From Phyllosticta citribraziliensis (Eukaryota), in contig NW_027117347.1 in assembly GCF_038025025.1 (NCBI RefSeq), positions 186,001-250,000 of the forward strand: DNA of 64,000 nucleotides. Direction: 5' to 3'. Every line of letters begins with the position of its first letter. Positions within the stretch are counted from its first letter, which is position 1. Made by a program: the position numbers and the translations under genes. Of this stretch, positions 25,532 to 36,406 are shown in pieces. Under the pieces are notes generated by a model. The model saw only the letters and a program-made list of their open reading frames with translations. It was not told where the DNA came from and made no database searches.

Positions 25532-26273
25532 GCCGATCTTTTGTGAGCTGGCATAGCGATTTATCGAATCTTCATGCGTTGAACAATGCCGAGACTTGCC
25601 ATCTTGTTCGTTCGTACTCGTCGGTGACTTGCTTTGGGCAACACCACGGTGGGTGGCCAGTCCTTTGCGCCGGAGGTCGCCGAGCGCGCTGGTCAGTATC
25701 CGTGTTCAGGGGCTGATGGCCTTGTTCGTCAATGTTGTCTCTCCTGTCTGAATTGTGGCAACGAACATTTATTTCTAGAGCGATGAGGGTGTGTAGAAAC
25801 TTCTCCGTCATTGGAACGACGCATACACGTACGACGCGATGAAAACACTAGGTCGTGCCGATAATGCAAGCGTTTATGATGTAGATCTTCTTGCAAGCCG
25901 GGCAGTAGATGTTCTTAAGACTATAAAGTTTATTATAGGTTATCTAGATTATCTGTAGCCAACTCTAGGACGTAGTTATAGATGCCTCAGTCAGCCGCTC
26001 CCTCGGGAATGAACGCGTAAATGTACGGCAAGCTTCTGTATGTTTCTCCACTGTTTTGCTGTGCATCTTCTGACCGCGCGCAGCATGGACTACAGTCGAT
26101 GCTCGGATTGTCCGCCGCGAGCCCCGATTGGGAAGCCCGATGCGCTCTATGGCACTCACGACCACTCGCTCCTCTTGCTGGCTCGCATAGGAGAGAGGTC
26201 CTCGTGCTCCATGGCATCCACGCGAATCACGTCATTGGAGCTTCTGCGTCTCCAAAGGTTCCTACAGAGCTAC

Positions 26274-26536
26274 AGAGGCTGTTGGGGGCGGCGGCTCTTC
26301 AGGCTCCATGGAACCCACACGGTGAGGCATGGTGGCTGCGCTGGGAGCCACGACCGTGCTTCAAGAGGTCATCAGAGGTGCGGCTCTTCGGGCTCCATGG
26401 TATCCATGCGGCGAGACATCGTGGCTACGCTGTGAGCCACGAAGATGCCTCCAGAGGTCATTGGAGGCGTGGCTCTTCAGGCTTTATGGAATCCACGTGG
26501 TGAGGCATCGTGGCTGCGCCAGGAGGCCACGAAGGC
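26274..26536. repeat. Degenerate ~89-90-bp tandem repeat, 3 copies
   Basis: Units start at AGAGG 26274, 26364 and 26453 and share GGCTCTTC(A/G)GGCT..ATGG...GTGGCT.CGC...GCCACGA. Confidence 0.85.
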
Positions 26537-27186
26537 TGGTGGCCGAAGTTTGCCGTCAAAGAGCGTCCCTGATTCCCAAAAGACCGTGGAATTATGAGAG
26601 AGATTTGAGGTATCGTCCCGAATCCGCATCATTCCATAAGCTGGGATTGAGGAAAGATCACGACAAATAGCAGCAATGCCGATAACCAGCGACAATTTAG
26701 CTTTCTTGTTGGACAGAAACTGCCCGTTCCGGCTAGGAAGGGATGGAGAATCTAACGGCAAAAGGCAGTTTTTCCAGGGACAAGCGGTCGGAAACGTGGG
26801 CGAACCAAGCGTTGAATTCCAACGCAAGCCGGGGACATCTCATGGGGGCCAACTCGAACATCAGCACCAAACGTACCGACCTCGATGGCCAAAAGTGTTT
26901 GTATCGCAAAAAGCTTTCGTCTTCTGTCATAGAGTGCACCATCAGGTATCACCGCTGTGTTTCGGATCCTCAAGATAGGGAGACAAAAGTATAGAAGATG
27001 GCCCTGCAATTACTGAATCAGGCGCAATTCAGGTGTGTCTCCATGCCTTTCTCTTTCATAACCCATATCTCGTTCCTTTTGCCTCCATCCTTCTCCACTA
27101 CCCCTTGTATTGATTTTGAGCGACGAGGAGCGACAACGAGTGCGAGGTGGACTTTGAGCGGAGAGGACGTTGGACGAGGAAGACGG

Positions 27187-27260
27187 CGAGCGAGGTAGAT
27201 GTAGAGCGAGGTAGATGTAGAGCGAGGAAGATGTTGAGCGAAGAGGTTGAGCGAAGATGA
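27187..27260. repeat. 16-bp minisatellite GAGCGAGGTAGATGTA, decaying
   Basis: Two perfect copies followed by degenerate GAGCGA-led copies. Confidence 0.75.
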
Positions 27261-28147
27261 CATCGAGTGATGAGGACGGCGCGCGAGGAAGACGGTGACC
27301 GAGGAGGACGGCGGGTGAGGTCGATTGGCGAGCAAGGAGGATGGTCAGTGAATGAAAAGTTGAGTAGTTAAAGTCTTACGGACTGCAATTCTTGGGCAAA
27401 GCTGGGGAAAAGGGAGTAGAAGGTAGGGAATTGAAATAGCAAAGCGATGTGCTTTCATGCGATCTCTGCAGGATGGCATTTCAACGGCGTGCCGATAGAG
27501 TTGGGACGAGGAAAGAGCTGAGGGATGGTCGGGTGGGCTTCTACGTGAGGCAGCTGCGCAGAACAATCCAATCCCATGGCCGGGGCTTGCACTGTGGCTC
27601 CTGCCTTACTGGCAAGGTCAGGCAGGTAGGCGGGTGGTGGTGAAGTTCCGCGCTTCACTCGATTCCTTTCCTTTCCCTCTCCAGCACCGCCGTCATGGAT
27701 CGAGCGTAAGTACAACCCCCACCACCATTCTTTCGGCTTGCAGACACCAGAGCGAAGTTTCAAAAGCATTCTTCTCCTCATCAGCTTGCCTTTTGTCGAT
27801 CTTTCTGCGCTCGCGCTCGCAATTCCCTCCCCAAAGTTGAACGTTCCTCGGGGAGCTTGTCAACACCAGCACAGAAGTCACGAAGACATCCTCTCATTTA
27901 CACTCCGTCCTTTTCATTACACACCCTGCTGTACTCACGACTGCAGTCTTGTCTCTACAGATTACTACTGCTCTTACTACTCACCAGCATCAGCACAGAA
28001 GTTACAACGAATCATCTCCGGTACTTTCTTTAGCGAATCTTTTCAGTTTTTGCTTGTTTCGCCAGGAATTCACATCACCATTTTCACATTACCATGCTTT
28101 TTTTCTGATTAAGCTAACTTAGAGATAGTTTTTTCTTCGACAATGCA

Positions 28148-28924
28148 ATGTTTGTGGGTCACAATGACCACAACTTCTCCTCGGGCTCCCTTATGCCCAC
28201 CAGCACTGGCGATGACAGGCCCGCTTCGCCGCCACCTACTCTTCAGGAAGCCTTGCCGCCGGCGCGCAAAAAGCGCAAGAAAGAAGAGCCCAAAGGGCAG
28301 AACATTGTGGTGGAAAGTGGGGAGAATACCCAGGAAAATGGAGAAGAAGTTGCAAAAAGGATGGAATACCAAGCTACCATTCTGGACTGCTCGCGGCGTG
28401 TCAACCAGGTGTTGTGGTGGGAGGAAAAATTGCGTGGCGTGAAGAAAGTCACCGCTATGTACCAGGCCTACAAGTTGGTGCTCGACACGGCCATCCTTGA
28501 AGAGTTTTGGGATCATAGGATCAAGGCACACAAGTGCAGGTATGTTCTAATTTCCTAATTTCCTATGTTACTATTCCCTTACAATTTCTAATCATTTCTA
28601 ACAATTTCTTAGGAAATGCAAGAAGCATAAAGATGATTTTACACAGAAGACGTATCTCGTCTGCAATGACTGCTCGCCAGCTGATCGTAAGAAAAGAAGC
28701 AAGGACAAGACTGGCTCCATATGCATGTATGCATAGTCTACCATCTCAAATCCTTGGGAAATGATTCTAACTTCTTCAGACAATGCGAATCGGTATACGT
28801 TGCTGGCCAAAAATGGTACAAGGGACCAATCTGCAACAACTGCTACAACCGCAACAGGAAAGCGAAGAAGAAGGAGAAGCAGGAAGAGGAAGAACAGGAT
28901 GAGGAGGAACAGGATGAGGAGTAG
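28148..28924 (+). CDS. Orphan ~216-aa protein with two C4 zinc fingers (second GATA-like), NLS-like motif and acidic tail
   Basis: Exons 28148-28539, 28613-28726 and 28780-28924 (GTATGT/GTATGC donors, CTAAC branch sites, TAG/CAG acceptors) splice in frame to ...KCRKCKKHKDDFTQKTYLVCNDC...ICIQCESVYVAGQKWYKGPICNNCYNRNRK... Start codon uncertain. Confidence 0.7.
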
Positions 28925-29462
28925 AAAGTTTTCGAGGGCCGAGGCACCAGGCGCAGCGGTTCCACTATCAGATAAGACCACACACCCACCTTTGGCATCA
29001 TCATGCACAACACCATGCCGAGCCGGAGGCAATGCTACTCCCTGTTCGCCTTCGTCTCCACCGTCCAGGTTGCAGCACACTTTGGCGATGATAAGGAAGC
29101 AGAAAGAGAAGGCGATGCATGTTGCCGCCAATCGCCTCGGTGTTGCTACAGTGTTGAGCAAGTCCGACAGGCTCTGGATCAACCGTGGACCACCACTCAA
29201 CACCTCGCCTTCTTGGCGCCAACGTTGTCTTCTCCGGCTGGTTAGGGTCTCCACAAATGATGGCGCAGTGATGTACCAGATCTTCTCTTTTAAGCAAAGG
29301 GGCAGCACCCGCATTGTTGGGGAGAGGGAGCATAGAAACCGTGGAATCAAAATCTCCTCCATTCGTTCCTCTCTTCTCCTGTTCCGTATATTTGTCTCCC
29401 TTGCCTTTGACTGGTTGTTGCAATCAACTACGCAAAAGCTTGCCGTTGGCCTCTTTTCAAAC

Positions 29463-31420
29463 ATGGCCGCCCACGACAACGAGCAAGTGCAGTCGCAGCA
29501 GACGGGTGGCGGCGACAATGGCACACCACAATGGAACGAAAAGAAGACGCCAATCACCTCCGCCTCTCCAATCGAGTCCAGAGACTCCATGACGCAAAAG
29601 GGCGACAGCCTTCGGCAGCACTCTTCCACTTCTCCCTCGGACGAAGATGAGATCCTCGAGTCCGACTACACGCCGGAGCAGTACGCCAAGCTGCTCAAGA
29701 AGATTGACCGGTATCTGCTGCCGCTCATGTGGTTTAGCTACGGCATCCAGCAGACGGACAAGACGGCCGTGAGCACGCAGGCCCTGTTTGGGCTGCGCGA
29801 GGACACGCACCTCGTCGGCCAGCAGTACTCATGGCTCACGACCATCTTCTATCTGGCCTACGTTTGCGGAGAGTTCCCTTCAAATTTCCTCCTTCAGAGA
29901 TGGGCCCTGGGTCGCACTCTGAGCATTTACATGCTGTTCTGGGGTGCGTAGATCAAACAAACAACACTTTCTCTCCTTCTCTGGCGTCGAGACCATCACT
30001 GACATTTTCCAGGCGTCTGCGTCATCTGCATCGCCGCCGCGCAAAACTGGACACACCTGATGGTCCTCCGCGGGCTGCAGGGCTTCTTTGAATGCACCAT
30101 CTCGCCGGGATTCGTGCTGGTCATCAGTAGCTGGTACCGCACCGAGGAGCACGCATCGCGGCAGCTCTTCTGGCAGAGCGCCAACGCCGGCTTCGGCATC
30201 ATCTTCAGCCTGTGCATGTACGGCATTGGAACGCACGCCGAAAAATACGGCGGCCTCGCTGCCTGGAGAGCCATCTCGCTTTTCCTGGGTACCGCCACGC
30301 TGCTGCTGAGCGTCACGAGCTTTGCGTTGCTGGGTAGTCCCAAGGAGGTGAGGTGGATGAATAAGGATGAGAAGCGCATGGCGTGAGGCTTTCTTTCGTC
30401 CCCCTTTTCCATGTGTTGAAGCTGACGTTTAATACGACGACAGTGCCGCACGCATCGTCAAGAACAAGGCCGGACGTGACGTGACGGGCGTCAAGTGGTC
30501 GTGGCCGCAAGTCGCCGAAGCATTCAAAGACCCGCAGTTGTACTTTTGCTGCGCCAACGCGTTTATGTCGTCGGTTCCAAACGGGTAAGCGACCCCTGTG
30601 CTCTTTTTTGGGTGTCGGGTTGATTGCTGACGCGGAGGGCGCTGTTGTTTAGTGGTCTGTCGACATTTGGTAGCTTGATGAACCAGTCGTTTGGCTTCAC
30701 GAAGCTGCAAGTGCTGCTGATGGACATACCGCGCTCGGGTAAGGAGACGATGCTCTGCTCCCATCTCTTGGATTCTCCTCACTAACTCCATCTCTCCAGT
30801 CGTCTCGGTCCTCGTCTTCGTCGCCGTCGGCATCTACACGCGTCGCGTGGCTAACCGCCGCATGTACATCATGGCTTTGGGCACTCTTCCGCCCTTTGCC
30901 GGAATGCTCGCCATGGCGCTGCTCCCCAACACGCCCGAGTACAAGTGGATCAAGTGGGGCATGTACCTGATGACGATGCCGTTCGTGCTGGCGCTGTTCC
31001 TAGGCTGGACGCTGAGTGCGTCTCCCCTCCCCTCCCTTTTCATTCTCGCCATCCCAGACAGACATACGGACTAACACCACCCCAGTCTCCTCCAATGTGG
31101 CCGGCCGCACAAAGAAAACCATCATCTCGTCGGCCACCTTCATCGGCTACTGCACGGGCAACATGTGCGGCTCGCAAATCTTCAAGGAGGCCGACGGCCC
31201 GCGCTACATCCCCGGCACCATCGGCTGTAGCGTGTGCTTCGGCCTCGAGTTCTTCCTCATCTGCGCCTGGCGCGCCTGGTACGTGTGGCAGAACCGCCGC
31301 CGCGACCGCGAGGCCGCCGCCAGTGGCCGCTCGCCCGAGGAGATGGAGAAGGAGGGCAGGGATATGGGTGAGAGGGATGTTACTGATTTGCGGAATCCGC
31401 ATTTTAGGTATGCTTTGTAG
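29463..31420 (+). CDS. MFS transporter, allantoate permease (Dal5/anion:cation symporter) family
   Basis: LLKKIDRYLLPLM...QQTDK...GQQYSWLTTIFY, GFFECTISP, SWYRTEEHASR, SNVAGRTKK, DVTDLRNPHFRY. About five introns (first 29944-30012, last about 31016-31085). Confidence 0.93.
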
Positions 31421-31681
31421 GGTGCTTGGGGGGCGGGTGCGGGTGGGGGTGCGTGGATGGGGAAGGGTTCGTTGGTTGGTGATGGGTTTGGTTGGGAGGA
31501 CGAAGAGTACGAAGAGGAGGATGTGAGCGAGGGGGACTCACCTCTCCAGTATCACGACAGCAAAACGACATTCACCTGATTCATCAAAGCATTTGGCAAC
31601 TGGACTGAGTTCAGTGGCCATGAGATGGTTTTGAATTCTGGATTGATTGAGTAGGCTAAGGGGGGGCATCCGCAATCCAAG

Positions 31682-32090
31682 GCCAGTATCCCATCTCCAG
31701 AAACCAATTGTAAGGGAAGTGGGTGTCATCCTCCGGTGGCTCCTGCGCATGGTCTTTTTCGCGCCACCGAAGGGGAAATCAACTCTGAACCAAGGGGGTT
31801 TGTCGCTGTCTGTTCCTCCGCCATCTTCCAGCCAGTGTTCCGTCTCAAAGAAAGAAATTGCAAGGGAGGTGGGTGTCGTCCTCCGGTGGCTCCTGTGTAT
31901 GATCTTTTTCGCGCCACCGAAGGGGAAATCAACTCTGAACGAAGGGGGTGTGTCGCTGTCTATTCTTCCGCCATCATTCCAGCCAGTGCTCCATCTCAAA
32001 GAAAGAAATCACAAGGGAAGGAAGGTGTCATCCTCCAGTGGCTCCTGTGTGTGTTTGCAGTCGCGCCACTGAAGGGGAAATCAAATCTGA
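31682..32090. repeat. ~150-bp tandem repeat, about 2.7 copies
   Basis: GCCAGT..TCC/CCCATCTC-type unit starts at 31682, 31831 and 31982. AGGGGAAATCAA recurs at about 31770, 31921 and 32073. Confidence 0.92.
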
Positions 32091-32144
32091 GGAACACTCT
32101 CCAATAGCTCCGTGCAGCGTTTTCGGGCCATGTTGCTTGGTCTA

Positions 32145-34685
32145 CTACTTCTTCAGACCACAGATGAGGCAACCAGGAGTGTTATGCTCAGCGCAAGCGG
32201 GCAGATCAAAAAGAGACGACCTAGCGCGAGTAGTTGGAGGGGAACTGCGATTACGGGCACGCTGACGAGCAGTTGCCCCCTCCAACTCAGTGCGAGTGGG
32301 ATCGCGCTTGTGTCCACGCTTGAAGGCAGTGGGCTGTGCAGGCTGGGCGGACGAGTAAGCGGTCTGGGACTGACCAGTTGATGTGGCAGGCGTCGCACGG
32401 GCAGATCTGGGACTTTGAAGCCTTTCCATGCCTTGAGCCAAGTCTTGATCAACCGTGGTTCCTTGCTGCATTGATGAGGAAGGGTGAGGGGGCAGTGCCG
32501 CCGCTGGAATGACTTCCGCACCGGTCCACTGCAGCTTCTCTGGGGAAGTCATGAGAAGATTGATGTAGCTCTGGGGATGCGGCTCAGGGCCACGAAGCGC
32601 CTCCCTCTTCCTCTTTCCCGCTGCGTCGTTTTCCCTGAGAATCCCTGAATGAGTCCACGTGCATGGACGCTTCAGGACACCCTCACAGATTACGCAGTTC
32701 CTACCGTTGCGCGATCGTTTGCATACGCCGTGGTTATCCTCCAAGCAGGTATCGCACCTTTCTCTTTGACGGTCGTCGTTGAGCGTTATTCGCCATCCTG
32801 TGTTGATGTTGTGGAGGCCGGCGGCTTTGAGCTCCGCTACCAAGGCGTGCTCTGACTTTGCAGACTGGTCCGGGCAAACTCCGACGCCGCCACGCTCTTT
32901 TGAGAAAATGAATGTTCTGTTGAACAGGTCTGTGGTGATGTCTCGAAACCTGCACAATCCGAGCAAAGAGTCCCAGGAACGGGGGTTCGAAGGGGCGACT
33001 CTGTGAAAGAAGTGATAGAGTGACATGGCTGCGACGTAGTCACGGAGGGATCCAGCGCCTTTTTCGTCCATGCTCGTAGCGGGCTCCACATTGGTAAAGC
33101 GGCACTCGCGCTGTGCATACTGGCACATCCAGTTACCAGCTTCATCCTGCCACTCAAGTCGGCATGCGAATAAGCCTGCCAGGTTCCAATCCTTGAATGG
33201 ACCCACGGTTGGCAATCGAACCCAGGAACGAGGATGACGTCTGTAAGGATCGGCTGGGTCAGGTGTAAGGAAGACGAGCACCAGCTGGGCCAACGTCTGC
33301 TCCTTTGGAAATTTTGTTGCGTCGAACTGAATCGTCACCGTGACCGTTTCGCCCGATGCTCTTCGTCCCCGGAAAACCCAGTCGGCCGTCACCCTCTTCC
33401 ATGATTCGCCTTCCTTCCGCATCTCTTTTTTCTGAATGGTGTGCGAGGGTCCAGAGGTAAAAATGGTGACCTCACCATACGTCTGGTCCATTACCTTGGT
33501 CCTGTACCATAGACTTTGCTGGTAGTCGAGACCGGCTTCCATGAACGGGCTGGAGATGTTCAGACCAATTCCTGGTGTGCGGCCGAAGGAGGTACGGTGG
33601 CAGGCGCCTGGCCAGGTGAGATTGGAGGGTTGCCTCTCTTGGACAGACTTCGTGAAAGCCATGAGCACCCTGCCAGGGAAATACCACTTGCCACTGTGAT
33701 GCGTAGCTTGCCCGATGTTTTCCTGTGCTACGTTCTGAAACCTGTATGTCTCGAGAAGGCAGACGAAGAGCTGTTCCACGAACAGGTCCAGATTTGTTGC
33801 GGAGGCATCCTTCGGCAAGTGGCAAAGGGGAAGCTATTCGTAGCCCATTAGCCTAACGATTCCATGGTATGAGGGACCTGGTGAACTTACCATGCGAAAT
33901 TTCTTCGCCTTCCGCGCGATGTCGTAGTGAAAACTTTCATCCTTGTCGACAAAAATGGATTGATGATGAGTTTTGAATCGGCTCGAAAAGGTGGTGCAAC
34001 GACCGACATAAAGCCAGAACATGTCTGCCGGATAACCTTCAACTTCCCAGTAGAGGCGGAGGTAGATTCCTCCAACGGAGCCGTGGGACGTGGGTGTAAC
34101 AGTTTTGCAACGGTTCAGAATGTCCTGGCAAGTGAAGTTGGGCTTGTTGAATGTTTCCAGCAGCCGAGCGTCGCGAACGCCCTTCTTCATCAGCGTGATC
34201 AATGCACCAACTCCTTCAGCTTGAGGACGGACGAGGGAGTGCCACCAGTCAGGAACGACAGTCGAAAGAGATGCATCCTTCTGCTGGTGGATGGCGAGAG
34301 TCCATGCTCTAGCTGTGCTGGTGAACAACTCGTCCCCAGTAGACGATGAAGAGCTGGCATCAACGGTGAAGTAAGGAATTTCAAATCCTCCATCGATAGA
34401 GACATTGAATGCGGACCACGGCTCTTGTCCCACCACGATGAATTGTCCGGGGACCCAGCCTTGACTGGTCTCTTTGGGCTGGTTGGGATTGTAGAGGACA
34501 AACATATTCTGTCGCGGATCGTAATCCCGAATGTAGCCGACGTCCCCCTCTTCGATGACGATCTGAGAGCGACCTGAGAGATGCGCGTTATCGTAGCTGC
34601 TGACGGCTTTGAATGGATGGCCAATCATGTCTTCTTTTTTGAGGCCAGGCTTGGGCTTGATGGGGGGTTTATTGGGAGGAGCCAT
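32145..34685 (-). CDS. Orphan ~827-aa protein: SH3-like domain, GIY-YIG nuclease-like domain and six-Cys Zn-cluster-like motif
   Basis: ORFs 33834..34685 and 32145..33818 join in frame through intron 33834-33890 (GTAAGT...CTAAT...TAG): KKFRM|LPLCHLPKD. Motifs: KAVSSY..IEEGD..QGWVPGQFI; GIY-x17-YVG-x7-R-x3-H..E..GLN; C-x2-C-x7-C-x8-C-x2-C-x7-C. Probable 5'UTR intron at about 34703-34757. Confidence 0.72.
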
Positions 34686-34882
34686 GTTGATGGCAAAGTC
34701 TTCTGTTGGGACATGTCAGTTGTGGTAAGGCATAAGAGTTACGGGGGATCGCTTACCGCAAAGAAGTTGTTGGCTGTTCCTGATTTTCGCAAGCGTTGAT
34801 GACGGATGGGGCCTTGAGCAAGAGCTTCTCAGAGGAAGATGAAGTTGAACCGTGGACCTGAGCAAACTCAGTGTTGAGAGCA

Positions 34883-35017
34883 CCGGAAGCGAGCAGAAAG
34901 GTGTGCGGGGTGCGGAGTTGAGGTTTCAGCGCCGGAAGCGAGCAGAAAGGCGAGGAGAGTGGTGTTGGGTTGAGGTTTCGGCGAGCTCAGGGTCGAGAGC
35001 ACCGGAAGCGAGCAGAA
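34883..35017. promoter_or_regulatory. Three copies of CCGGAAGCGAGCAGAA upstream of the GIY-YIG-like gene
   Basis: Identical 16-mer at 34883, 34932 and 35002. The regulatory role is inferred only from position. Confidence 0.4.
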
Positions 35018-35450
35018 GGATGTGGAGTTGTGATCTGGGCAGGCTGGATATTGACAGCGCCTGGAGCGAGCAGTGGGTGGAGGGGGTATGGAAGGGGAAA
35101 CACGCAGTGGGCCGGAAGTTGAAGGCACGGCTCAAGCGCTGAGAAGGTGAAAGGTACGAGGGATTGTAAGAGGTGCTGTTCCGTCAGGAAGAAAACAGAG
35201 GGAAGATATGGGGGGAGGTGTAGGTAAGTGGGCGAGTGGACGGCGTCTACGCCAGATGGGTGGGCAACAGCTTTGTTTGGCCAGCGGGGTCAGTTTGGCC
35301 AAAAGTGTTAATTGTTTGATCGAAAGTGTTAACTGTTTGCCTAAACCTGCCCGACACCGCTCCTCAAATGCTCACTTATGCAGTTTGCTACAAACGATAG
35401 CGCTTTTGCAAATCTCAACACAAACAGCTGTGCCCTCTAGCTCCGGCGCC

Positions 35451-35488
35451 CACAATCAACATCACTGTACACAATCAACATCACTGTA
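35451..35488. repeat. Perfect 19-bp tandem duplication CACAATCAACATCACTGTA x2
   Basis: Read directly from the sequence. Confidence 0.9.
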
Positions 35489-36406
35489 AAGGGTACAACA
35501 GTTCAAAGCGGGAGTAGATGAGAGCCATCGAGCAACAACGCTGCGTGGCTACATGAGAAAGAAAGAAAGACAGAATTGATTCCAGCAGAGACAGGTATGT
35601 CCGTCCGTCCGTACATCTATGCGCCGTACGCCCATACATCAAGCCATAAATTCATTCATCAAACAAACAACTCCGCCTACCTTCACTCGTGTCGGGTAAT
35701 ACCATCTCACACTGAAGCAAAGAGCAAACCTGCTCCTCCTTCTCGGCCACCTGACCTGTGCCTACTCCTTCTTTTCCTCGAGCGCGTTCTTATACGCATT
35801 TGCCTTCTGCGCGACGATATCGAATTTGCCCTTGATGTGTCCTGTCAGAATACCTGCAAAAGCATCGTTGGTAAACAAGTAAATAACCACAGATATCACG
35901 AAATCTTATTTTTAGTAGATCAATGGGGAACTACCGTCGCGGCTTCTAGGGGCTGAGGCACGACGTTAGTTCAAGGGCGCGTTTGGTGAGGCTCTGTTGT
36001 TTGTGGCGGGCGGCGTGCCAGAATTAAGGTATCCATTGTTTAGAGTGGCGGCTGTGCCCGAGCCGACGAGGCTTTCAGGCTCAAGTCCTTGTCTGGCGAA
36101 CCCTGTTAGACATGGGCTTGGGATCGCCCCCTGTGAATAGTTGAGCGTGCTCCAGGAGCGTTCATGGGGAGTACAGTACGAGCCATAGAAAATTGATGGA
36201 AAAAGCGGCGACGATGAAGTGCCAGAGAGCAAGAATGTTTTCCTGAGTAGAAATGCGGCCGTTGGCAACGCCGCGGGTACCTATCATCCGCAAAATCCCA
36301 TCGAAATAACCCAAAATCGCTTCGTCTCGGCAGCTAAGTCGTGTGCTCATGACAGCATTACAAAAGCCAAGCTCTCACAGGCAACTCTGCCGACGCCTCT
36401 TCCAGA

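Noticed and set aside
28613..28660. Suspected frameshift in the zinc-finger orphan
   Set aside because: Recounting (CAT AAA GAT GAT) shows exon 2 is 114 nt and in frame, so it is not a pseudogene.
28761..29462. Stop-free N-terminal extension of the MFS permease ORF
   Set aside because: Does not look like protein and overlaps the zinc-finger gene's last exon in another frame. ATG 29463 has good context and gives a normal permease N-terminus.
32145..34685. Calling the GIY-YIG-like gene SLX1 or a Penelope-like retroelement
   Set aside because: The motif starts about 200 aa in rather than at the N-terminus, the Cys pattern is not the Slx1 RING type, and no reverse transcriptase motifs are visible.
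26274..35017. CRISPR-like reading of the repeat arrays
   Set aside because: Eukaryotic DNA, no cas genes, and the long arrays are whole-unit tandem duplications without unique spacers.
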